Shown here: piece by piece, positions 46,001-56,210 of the stretch | Numbering within the stretch: position 1 is the first letter of the stretch | Layout of the letters: every line of letters starts with the position of its first letter | Origin: Trichosphaerium sp. ATCC 40318 | Taxonomy: Eukaryota > Protista > Tubulinea | Length of the DNA stretch: 64,000 nucleotides | Reading direction: 5' to 3' | Assembly (NCBI GenBank): GCA_038496445.1 | Contig: JALMLS010000525.1 | Span: forward strand, 186,001 to 250,000 | Translations under genes and position numbers: made by a program | Notes under the pieces: model-generated | The model's input: the letters and a program-made list of their open reading frames with translations, nothing else | Databases searched by the model: none | Told to the model about the DNA's origin: nothing

Positions 46001-47225
46001 CGACAATTTCTGTTCATTGACCTGGCAGTGAACATGGGACTTGAACTACCCTTTGAAGAAGTACAAGAAGCCTTTGTCGTACGTAACATTGCTTCAGTAG
46101 TTTATGTTGTGGCTCACGCAATCGGTACAGAACGGCACAATCATCGGGTCGTCAAATGCAGAAGTCAGAAAGTGCAGGTATGTGCGAGTTCAAGGGAGTT
46201 CGTTTGGATGACCCCCTTCTAGGTTCCGAAACCAGATATGGGCTATTAAACGTGTTCGTATCATGGTCGATGAAGAGTCAGTTGCAAGGGAGATAAACTT
46301 GGTCAAGTCAGTATTCCATTCATTGTCCCAAGCTGACTCTTGGTTTCTTTTTTGTAGAAAAGTACGTGGCCAAAACATACTGTCGTTCCTTGGATATTGC
46401 GGTGATCAGATACACATGTACATTGTCATGGAATTCATGGAGCGTGGTTGTCTGACAGACGTGCTGTTGGCGGACGGTGTAATGACGTGGAAGTATGTGT
46501 ATCGCTCATTTCCTCACAGCTAGCCCTCCTTGTTAACGTCACCCTTAGGCGTAGAATATCAATGGCAGTCGATGCTGCCAAGGGCATGTTAACGCTGCAT
46601 CAGAACAACCTGGCACATCGAGACATTAAGGTGAGTTACCTACACGGACAGAAGTCTCCTGAGCGCGCACGTTACACGTGCTAATCGACTAACTGTATTG
46701 TGTAGAGCGCAAACCTCCTAATCAACAAGGATTGGACGGTAAAGCTATGTGATTTCGGCACAACAATTGAGGCTGCGGAGGACTTGGGATTGTTCACCAT
46801 GATTGGCACGCCCAAGTGGTGAGTGATTGCACAGTGTTTTTCAAACTAACTGTGTGTGCGCGTAGGATGGCCCCTGAGGTGCTTCAAGCACAAGAGTATA
46901 ACGGCCGGAAAGTGGATGTTTACAGCTTCGGCGTAATATTATGGGAGATATTGGCAAGGGAAGTGCCGTATGGCGATGTTGGGTGGAGCAATCAACTCCT
47001 TACAAGCGTTTTGCAAGGACAGGTACTAACGACCTTTTCTTGTTTTATCGTGTACTAAATATCACGTGTTTGCAGAGGCCGCCAATACCTAAAAACTCGG
47101 ACGCGTCACCACGGTTCATAAAGTTGATAAAGCGCTGTTGGGACAAGAATCCTGAAAAAAGGCCTGACGCTCTTGAAATTTTACGCGAGCTGCAGGAGGT
47201 CTACGAACGTTATCTCGGCAACTAG
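43078..47225 (+). CDS. Armadillo-repeat protein with a C-terminal tyrosine-kinase-like (TKL) Ser/Thr kinase
   Basis: ARM-like repeats (NNNNKLQLAKIGGISTLV, NQDVIGKQGVIGPLV). Kinase motifs: WAIK, YIVMEFMERGCL, HRDIKSANLL, DFG, GTPKWMAPE, DVYSFGVILWE, CWDKNPEKRP. Confidence 0.85.
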
Positions 47226-47364
47226 TTGGTAGAGTCCGTTGGCAAGTAATAAACAAAAATCATGTAACCAGCCAATGTTTTTTTCATTCAAAAAAAAAAA
47301 AAAAAGAGTAAATGACAAGTCAGTCGCCTTACTTCCCGCTCATTTTTGAATATACTACAATAAA

Positions 47365-48006
47365 ATGGACTTGAAAGGCTTACTAGAGGCTACTGACAGC
47401 GCAAAGCCAACATACTTTCCTACATTCACTGTTGCTCGACCAAACGCCACATTTGAAAATATTCGTACATTGTCGCGTTTAGAGAAGAAAGTAGCGTGTC
47501 ACCGAACAAGTGATGGCGAAGGAAGCCCTCAACAGGATGTTTCTTCCACTGTTTATTTACACGAGCGCACCAAGGATTTAAAATCGCTCGCTGATCAATT
47601 TGAGGCGTGTAAAGTACCGTGGGTGATTGCTATTAACGGTAAAATTAGGCTGTACTAGCAAACAAGCAAGAACTGTTGATGTATTTAAACAAACCGCAAC
47701 AGGACGGTATACGCGTTGAAAAGCCATTACAAGAGTCTGTGCGCGCTCTACTCCAGACAATGGTGGCACAATTAAACGGATTAAACGACAGCAAAATGGG
47801 TCTCGATGCAATAAACAAGCTGCCTGCTACCGTGACGTGCGTGAAGCGTGACTTTCACGTGTCGTTGTAAATTCATTTTTGTACAAAGCCATTATTTCAC
47901 ATTTTTTAACATTTCTGTTTTTAGCGATCTCAAGGCCACCCTCACGTCTCTAAAACATGTCAACGATACCTGTACTACCTTGTCAGACACACTAAGCAGC
48001 TGCTGA
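47365..48006 (+). CDS. Small coiled-coil protein, possibly augmin subunit HAUS2-like
   Basis: Three exons. DVSSTVYLHERTKDLKSL...LLMYLNKPQQDGIRVEKPLQ..VRALL resembles the HAUS2 core as recalled; not verified. Confidence 0.5.
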
Positions 48007-48213
48007 AGCCATGACGGTGGGCGTTAGTAAATAAATTGTACTTTTAGAAAACAAAATAAGACTGGCAAGTCCTCAGGTGACTGCTGTTACGCTGATAATA
48101 TTGTGGATTTGAGCTGCAAATGGATGTGATGATGATGACACTATTATATTAAAAAACTACAGACTACTTGCCGACTTGCATGATTATATAGACACACGGG
48201 TGTGCGTGGATGA

Positions 48214-48821
48214 TTACGATAGTATGCGACTTACCCACTGTCTGTAGTCGATATGACCTGTCACATTTGGATCGGCTTCGGCTAGGAGCTCATCTGTACA
48301 CAACAATTATTTTTATAGCGCGTAGAGATTACACCAAACGCACCAACTTCAACAGTGGACATTTTCTCTCCCAAATTGGTGAGTAAATAACGCATTTCTT
48401 CTGTAGACACCGTACCTGCAGTTTCCTCGGTTAGTCGCACCAACGCAAGATGTTTCAGTTCGTACCATCGCCCTCCTTGTCAAATATTTTAAATGTTTCT
48501 CGAATTTCATCATCTTCGTTGTGCTCCAGAGTTTGCTGACGGGAACGCAGGGCATCCACCATTTGGTCATACGTAATGGCGCCACCTGTTTTGCTTTAGT
48601 GGACGCTAGTAATGGAAATTACGTTTTATGTACCAGCTTTCGCGCAAATATCGCCGACCTCTGCTTCTGACGGCTAAAACATAGGTGTAAGTGTAAGTAG
48701 GAACATGATTTGGTACTTTGAGTCCCAACGACCGCATTAGATTACCCAGCTCTTCAGGATTGAGCTTTCCATCAAAGTCTGAGTCGAAAATGCGAAATGC
48801 TTCTTTGTACTCCTGTGACAT
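48214..48821 (-). CDS. Calmodulin-like / myosin light chain EF-hand protein
   Basis: MSQEYKEAFRIFDSDFDGKLNPEELGNLMRSLG, EIRETFKIFDKEGDG, LTNLGEKM, ADPNVTGHIDY. Confidence 0.88.
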
Positions 48822-48936
48822 GAACGTTAATTTTACAATTTCTTTTGACTCAAAGTAAAAAAAAACCCAGCGTATATTTCGCCTCCAAGTCAAATTCAGT
48901 CGAGCGTTGAGAACTGAAACACTACCTGCGCACAAG

Positions 48937-50519
48937 ATGGCACACATGTTTAAAGATGCAAAGCTTCAAGAGTTTGATATGGCCAATTTGACTCTACAAA
49001 ACGATGATATTTACGACTACGACGCTAAAGCGCACAAGGCGTTGTCTGACCAAAAACCTTGGACCAAAGAGTAACGCATAACGAAAGCTAACTCCAACAT
49101 GACCTTTTTTCTAGTGTAAATTACTTCAAGCGCGTAAAAGTATCCGCTGTGGCCCTTATTAAAATGGTACGATTCAACAAACACAAGGAAAAAACTGATC
49201 GCTGAAAATACTGTGTAGATCATGCATTGTCGCTCTGGAGGCAACCTTGAAGTAATGGGATTAATGCAAGGCAAAATAGAGGATGAAACGTTTATCGTTC
49301 TAGACGCCTTTGCTCTTCCCGTTGAAGGAACAGAAACGCGCGTTAACGCCGCTCAAGACGGTTACGAGTACATGATTAAATACTTGGAGCTGATTCAAGC
49401 GGTACGTTACGTTCTCCTCTTTTTTAAACACTACACTTTTTTTATTTTTCAATTAAAAAAAAGAACAACAACCAAGGAACGCTTTTTGACAAAGACCCTC
49501 AACAAGACTCTTTTTCAACAGCTTTTTTTTATTTCTTTTTTTTTGGTGAAAGACAAGCCTCCATTGCTGACACCCATCGCTTAGGTTGGTCGCGAAGAAA
49601 ACGCTATTGGTTGGTATCACAGTCACCCTGGATACGGATGTTGGATGTCTGGTATCGATTGTCAAACACAGATGCTCAACGAACAATACCAAGAACCATG
49701 GCTAGCTATTGTTGTACGTTTTGTGATGTGGTGTTATATAATTATAATTGCGTGCCAAGCCACAGTTGCACATAAAATAGTGGAAATTAACTTTTGGCCT
49801 TTTTACAGATTGATCCTGTGCGCACTGTATCCCAGAACAAAGTCCACATTGGTGCCTTCCGTACTTATCCAAAGGATTACAAACCACCTAAGCAGAGCAG
49901 TGAGTACCAAACAGTTCCACTAGAGAAGATGGAGGATTTTGGTGCTTACGCTGACAGGTTAGTTAGTTAGTTACTTAGTTAGTCAGTTCACGACCACCAG
50001 CTCTATTTTGTACACAACCTTATATACAACATAGATACTACCAACTCGATGTCACCGTTTTCAAGTCTGTTCTTGACGGCCAACTATTGGATTTATTGTG
50101 GAGCAAACAGTGGGTCAACACTTTGGCATCCTCTCCCCTAGCAACTGTACGTCCTGTGTGATATGACCTCTTGTTGTATTTCTGTAAAAGTGCTTATTTG
50201 GTTGTTAGAACCGTGACTACGTTGCGTCACAAATTAGTGATTTGGCTGACAAACTAGAACAAGCTGAGACGCAATTGGCGCATTCTGGTCGCATGGGTGG
50301 TCTTTTCTTACAAGACAAGAAGAAGGACGAGTCCAAACTCACTAAATTAACCAAGGACACGTGCGCTATTTTTTCTTTATGAAAATTGTTAAATTGTAGC
50401 TGTAAACCTTTTTTTGCTAATGGTGTTGATGCAGGTCTAAGCTGTCAATTGAAAATACTCAGGGTTTGTTGAATCTTGTAGTTAAAAATATTCTCTTCAA
50501 TACCAACTTCGAGCAATAA
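48937..50519 (+). CDS. COPS5: COP9 signalosome subunit 5 (JAMM deneddylase)
   Basis: [42 protein letters not shown] motif [24 protein letters not shown]. Confidence 0.97.
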
Positions 50520-50750
50520 ATCAATCACCCCTCTTATTGTCCAAATCTGCCCTCATCCTAGGTTAACCACAACAAACAAACTTTGTAATGGAGTACTCGA
50601 AAGAATCGTGTTTAAGTAAAAAACTGTCTGTCTTTTTATTTGGACTTGCATTTTTTTTTTGTTCCTAGTAAGATTTTATTTGCTGGACACGCCAAGCTTC
50701 CTCTCTCGGTATGTTTTATATGTACACTACTGTTATGGCTCTTGCTTGAA

Positions 50751-51771
50751 TTACAGAGCAGTACCTAAGGTGCAGGTGTAAGTCAAGGCTCCAAATGTTT
50801 GATGGCCAAATGTAAGATAGCGTACCGCGTTCAAGATTTTCTTTAATCTCCTTTGTGACGCCACCATAAGCTCTTTCAATTTTTTGATTAAATTTGCGAT
50901 TTCTCTCGTTGATAAAGCTGACATCTTTGCCTTCATCATATCTTCTACGGCGCGAGAACTTAGCACGTCTGGCGTCCTGTCTATTCATTTCCTCTACTAA
51001 ACCATCGATCTGGCGTTGTATGTTAGTCACTGGGCAGCGCTACAAATTCGCGAGGAAAAGCACCAACTGGGCCACAAAGTAAATATTTTGTTACCTTCGC
51101 TTTAGAGGGCGCGTGGTGGACAAAGTTGATACTGCCAGGGTCGTAAAACTCGTCTTGCATCTCCTCCTTTGTTTTTTCGTACTCGTCCTTGTCAAATTTT
51201 ACAGACGCAATTCTCTTTTTAAATGATCTATATTTCGCTTCATCCGTATGAACTATAGCCGTCAGTACAGTGGCACGCCACATTTGAAAAAAAGTTAGTT
51301 TGGTTTTTTTTTTTTTTTGTAAAGGCAGTTGTAGGTTTCTAGTTACGCACTCTGTAGTCCTGAGATGCTGGCTTTGCGCTTCTTGCGCTTTGCTTTTTCA
51401 TCTAGAGCGTAAGCTGATTGGTTATTTTTGTAGAAGCGCTCAGGGTCTATGCCATCATCCGCTAGATTCTTGAGGTGCCGTGCCATGTTTTCTTGCTTTT
51501 CTTTATTTTCGCGAAGTTTACGTTGCTCTGGCGTTTCGGCTTTTAACCGCGCTTCTGTTTTTACAGCTACGATTGTTTTATTGCGAAGGGTGTTCATTTT
51601 GTCTTCTAGCATTCTAAATCGCTCCCGACGAGCTTCTGCAGTGTTCTTGGAGCCAGCGGACGTGGCCGATTTTTTTTTGGGCTTTGACAGCGTCGGTAAG
51701 TCCAAAAACGAGCTATCTTCGCTATTACTGGTGCTAGCTACTTGCCTAGCGTCGTCGTACGAGCTAAGCAT
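50751..51771 (-). CDS. SYF2: Pre-mRNA splicing factor SYF2
   Basis: C-terminus FSRRRRYDEGKDVSFINERNRKFNQKIERAYG..TKEIKENLERGTAL*. Confidence 0.92.
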
Positions 51772-51888
51772 GGTTGTGAAGCGCTGTGAAGAATGTTGTG
51801 GTTAAGTTTGTCGCTCAATTCATTTAATGCAAACAAATCAAAGCGAATGTGATTGTAAAAGCATAAAAGCAAACCACAAACGAACGAT

Positions 51889-52725
51889 ATGGACACGGCT
51901 GACGTAATAGAGATATCAAGTGACGATGCTATGGAAATAACGGATGAAGAGAACAATGACTGCGTTATTGTTGAGTGCGAGGACCGTGTGGAGGGACCCA
52001 GATGCCCAATATGCTTAAATGCATTCACTGACCCCAGAATGTTGGACGTGTGTTTTCACACTTATTGTTATCTGTGCATCATGCAATGGACGTCTGTATC
52101 CCGATCGTGCCCTTTATGTAAAGAAGAGTTTTCTTCATTGATAAAAGTTACAAATGACGACACAAACGACTATGAACGTGTCTATTTAGATGATGCCAAA
52201 GCGTTGTCTACTGTACCGTCTACTTCTGGTCGTTCGCGCAGAAAAAAGTACACTGACACACAGTTCAGGGCTATGGTGTACAGCAAACATATGCAGCCGA
52301 TAATTGATTTCGATTTGGTGCAAATACCGTTTGGACCAAGAGCACATGATTCATTTCCGCACAAGGCCAAAGATTACCTACAACAACGACAAAATAATTG
52401 GCTTTCCAAGTTTTCATCATGGCTGACACGTGAACTTGATGTATTACTGGACAGTCAACATGCAGATCAATCCTCTACCAAGACTTTGTTACTTCAAGTC
52501 ATTGAAAAGATGTTAATAAAGTATGGCAATTTAAATGAACAAAAGGTGTATGAACAACTCCATGGCTTTTTAGAAGAACACACATCACAGTTTATTTCAG
52601 AGGCTATGTTGTTTTTACAATCCCCTTACACACTGGCACAATTTGATAGACAAGTAAACTATCAAAGTCAGCATGGTACTATTTACACAGGCAAGTCTGG
52701 CAAATGGAAAAAATACAAACAATAA
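51889..52725 (+). CDS. Topors-like C3HC4 RING E3 ligase with SIM-like motifs (intronless)
   Basis: RING: CPICLNAF..PRMLDVCFHTYCYLCIMQW...SCPLCK. Topors-type C-terminal domain: WLTRELDVLL...F..SPY..QFD. N-terminal SIM-like VIEISSDD and VIVE. Confidence 0.85.
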   Translation: MDTADVIEISSDDAMEITDEENNDCVIVECEDRVEGPRCPICLNAFTDPRMLDVCFHTYCYLCIMQWTSVSRSCPLCKEEFSSLIKVTNDDTNDYERVYLDDAKALSTVPSTSGRSRRKKYTDTQFRAMVYSKHMQPIIDFDLVQIPFGPRAHDSFPHKAKDYLQQRQNNWLSKFSSWLTRELDVLLDSQHADQSSTKTLLLQVIEKMLIKYGNLNEQKVYEQLHGFLEEHTSQFISEAMLFLQSPYTLAQFDRQVNYQSQHGTIYTGKSGKWKKYKQ

Positions 52726-53104
52726 TGTACACTAATGTAAGTAATTAATAGTATTTTGTAATATTTTTGATATTGTGTACCCTTCAAGGCAATCTTTTGA
52801 TTATTAACAAATAACCACATTTTTACCATGTAATATCCTGTTTAAATAGCAATTGTTACATTTTTTCATAGTTCAAAATAGAAATCTTCATCTGATCATT
52901 CATCTGAGCTTTCATTGTCTGAATAATAGTTGTGCCTACTTGTCCTACATATGGGTGATGTTAGCGAATTAAGCTGTTGATATAAGTGGAATCTCATTAT
53001 CAAATAAGAATGAATTCATGCATAATTGCACTGATATGTATAGTTGGCAAAATATTTAATAGTAGCCTCAAACCATCCATTCAGGTCTATGATGGATGAG
53101 CATT

Positions 53105-53154
53105 GAGATTTTGAACTGTTTCAAAAAAAAAAAAAAAAAGAGATTTTGAACTGT
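53105..53154 (+). mobile_element. Extremely 5'-truncated non-LTR retroelement insertion (TTC-A17) between 15-bp target-site duplications
   Basis: gagattttgaactgt at 53105-53119 and 53140-53154 flanks ttc plus 17 A. Confidence 0.7.
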
Positions 53155-53227
53155 ACTAAACTGTATGAAACCTGTATCTAATCTGTATGGATTCTGTACT
53201 GGATTTCAGTGGTGGAATCGGACAGTA

Positions 53228-53600
53228 CGCGAATGGCACGTTTTGGGCACGTTTTGGGCACGTTTTTTTTCCACGCAAATTGCACGTTTTGGGCACGTTT
53301 TGGGCACGTTTTTTTTCCACGCAAAAGGCACGTTTCTCTTCCACATGCTGGCCACGCAAATGGCACGTTTTGGGCACGTTTTGGGCACGCGGATTTTCCA
53401 CGTTTTGGACACGTTTTGGGCATGCATATTTTCCACGTTTTGGGCACGTTTTGGACACGTTTATTTCACACGTTTTGAACACGTTTTGGGCATGCATATT
53501 TCACACGTTTTGAGCACGTTTTGAGCACGCATATTTTCCACGCAAATGGCACGTTTTGGGCACGCGTATTTTTCACGCAAATGGCACGTTTTGAGCACGC
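53228..53600. repeat. Subterminal-type array of 11-bp GGCACGTTTTG units interspersed with TTTTCCACGCAAATG
   Basis: About 20 copies of (G/C)ACGTTTT read directly from the sequence. Confidence 0.92.
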
Positions 53601-53676
53601 ATAATACAGCAGTTGTTAACAAATTTTATAATATTTATTTAATTATATAAACCAACAATCGTTACAAATAAATACA

Positions 53677-56132
53677 TTACTGCTCACTATCATCATCTTC
53701 ATCTTGACTATCATCATCACTTTCAACAATATCCTCCAAAGAAAATGGCAGAGCAGCATCGTATAATGTTAAAAAATGTTGTCTGGGTTTTAGTACAAAT
53801 AAAACTAAGTATTTTTTAAATAAATCATAATGTCTTATTAACAACCTACCTCCTGGATGTTCATCAGCAAATTTAATGTTTTTTGAGCTCCATAAAGAAG
53901 TGAATAGTTGTCCTAGTTTGTTTTGACGTGCTTTTTTTACAGTAGGATTTCGGCAAAAAATGTCAGGTGTTTTTATCTACAAAATAGTCAATTGAATATG
54001 ATAAAAAGAACAAATAAGGCTTACCTTGGTGCAAAACTGTTTGACTGCTTCTAAAGTGGTTAAAGCAGCAGTACCTGGGTTGAAAATACTGCTGGATTTA
54101 TATTGTATAGGTTCAAAAGAACTTTTCTTGCAATTGAAAGTTTGATTACAAACAAGTTTTGCAAATCTTGCAATAACATCTGCATCGTACTTGCAAGCTG
54201 TTTAAAATTAATGTCATTAAGTTTATTTGATAAAAACTATAACGTACTTGCAAAGTAGTAAACTTTGGCAAAAGAAGGACGTATAAAAAACAATGTCCAA
54301 GTGCTAATGTTGAAATAAATATTTACGATCGGAATAAAAAAAAAAGTACCACAGTGGTAGAAAATCATTATAAGTATCTACAGCAATTAGTTTGTCTTGT
54401 ATTGGTACTGGCAATATATAATATTCTGCATAATCGTCATCTTCTGATTCTTTCTCTGAGTAACACAATACTTTGCCCACTTTAGTTTTTTTCTTTGAAA
54501 AAAAATTATTAATAATTCCCAATATTGAAATGATTGATCGTACTCTGGTAAGCATTTTTGCTGTTCTAGTTTTAGAAAACAATCCAATATTAGGTTCTTT
54601 AGCATCCACTAAAACTCTAAATGCAGCATGAGTAATGAATGGTGGCTATGGTTTGTACTGAAGTATCATATCGGTAAATGCTTGTAAAGAAGGAGCAACA
54701 GATTCTCTTGTAAATAAAAAACAATAATCTGCAATTGTACTGTGCTTTAATAAGCAATACATGGGAGTATTCCATTGTAGTGTTGTGTAGTACTGTTCAT
54801 CATCATCTATTGAAGTTCCATCTGATGGTCTGGGTTGTTCAACGATTGGTGATTTTTGTTTTGTTTTTTTTGGTTTCCTCTTTCGTAATAGACTTGATTC
54901 TTCTTTTTCTCCTTGTGCTTCATGTAATTTAAATGGAGTTATCAATTTTGGTGTAGTAGTTAATTCAGATGAGTCAGACGATTCACTACAACAATCAATG
55001 AATAAAAAGGAAACAACCAAAAAAAAAAGAAAGCAAGCAATCGTACTCTAAACTGTCAACAGGTGTTGAGGTTTTTTGTTGTTTGGAGGTGTTTTTTTTA
55101 GCTTTTATAGCTGTGAGATATAGTTCCATACCTTCTTCATCAAGCTGTCTAATAAATATCAATAAAACTTGAAATAAATGGAAAAAAAATTGTACTTGAA
55201 CGATAGAGGTAAACTGGCCATCCCAATAAACATGCCCTTTTGTACAGGAACAAAAGGAATATGCTTGTTTTGCCATGCTTGTTTAGTAACTGCTTTTAAG
55301 TTGGCTATTAATCCATCAGTGCTTTGTTTGTAAAAACTATTGTCTGTATTTACGAATGCAATTAATTTTTTCTCTATATGAATGTATCAGTTCAAATTTG
55401 TTAAAAATGGCTTGCCTGCAAGTTCAAAAGCATGGTCCTCATTCTCAGTGATATAATTGAAAAATTTTCTAGCAAATTGTCCCAATCGCCTGTTTACAGA
55501 ATCTCTAATAAATTTTGACATTTTTGTTTTATGTATATCCTCCATTTCCGATCCAAATTGCACTTTGAATTGTTTGGCAAGCTCCACATAAAAAGTGTCA
55601 TCTTTAATGTGAGTATAAGGAAAGGCAAATAGCAATTTGGATCGTATCCAATCCTAATTATTTTTTAATTGTTAAGGGTTTTAAACAGATTTTTGGTTCA
55701 ACGATCGTACCCATTTTCTCTTTTCAATGTCCTCAATTTGTTTGTGAGTTGTTATAAATTGTTTGAAGTTAGCTTCAATGGTCTTAACAGCTTTGGTTAT
55801 TTCTAAAACACCTTTTTCAACATTTGAAAGTCTTTTATCCATCGCATCCTTCATAACATTTATTGAATTCATCAATTCATCTAAAAACAATTAAATAAGG
55901 CAAAAACTAGGTAAACGATCGTACTGGTGGTTATGTTACCATAGGAATTTTCCAAAATCTCTTCAACTGATTCTGCTTCATTATTATTAACCAATCGCCT
56001 TCTTTTCTCAACTGTGCTATTTGTTCTGGATCGTTTTCTTTTGTTTGGTTGTTGTTTGCTTTTTTGAGGAGAAAATTGTTCCATATAACTATTTAGATCG
56101 TTTATAGCATTCATACCTTGAGAATTGTCCAT
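53677..56132 (-). CDS. Transposon cargo/accessory protein of unknown function (NLS-like, coiled coil, acidic tail)
   Basis: ORFs 55881-56132, 55681-55890, 55387-55635, 54995-55276, 54646-55020 and 54304-54609 splice together via ~42-60 nt introns. Contains KRKR/KRRR and RKRKPKK; ends ESDDDSQDEDDDSEQ*. Confidence 0.7.
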
Positions 56133-56210
56133 TGTATTGCTTTAATTAATTTAGAGATCGTAATTGAATTAATTTTACCAATCGTAAGTCTTGGCTTTTC
56201 AAAATTACTT

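Noticed and set aside
47284-47305. TTCATTC followed by a poly(A) run, similar to the 53120 stub
   Set aside because: No flanking direct repeat found, and A/T runs are common in these intergenic regions.
49958-49988. (GTTA)n run resembling a telomeric repeat
   Set aside because: Short microsatellite at the start of a CSN5 intron.
52880-53100. Possible decayed minus-strand coding relic with an acidic end
   Set aside because: No sustained frame or recognisable motif.
53156-53524. Overlapping ORFs on both strands
   Set aside because: Artefacts of the stop-poor 11-bp repeat.
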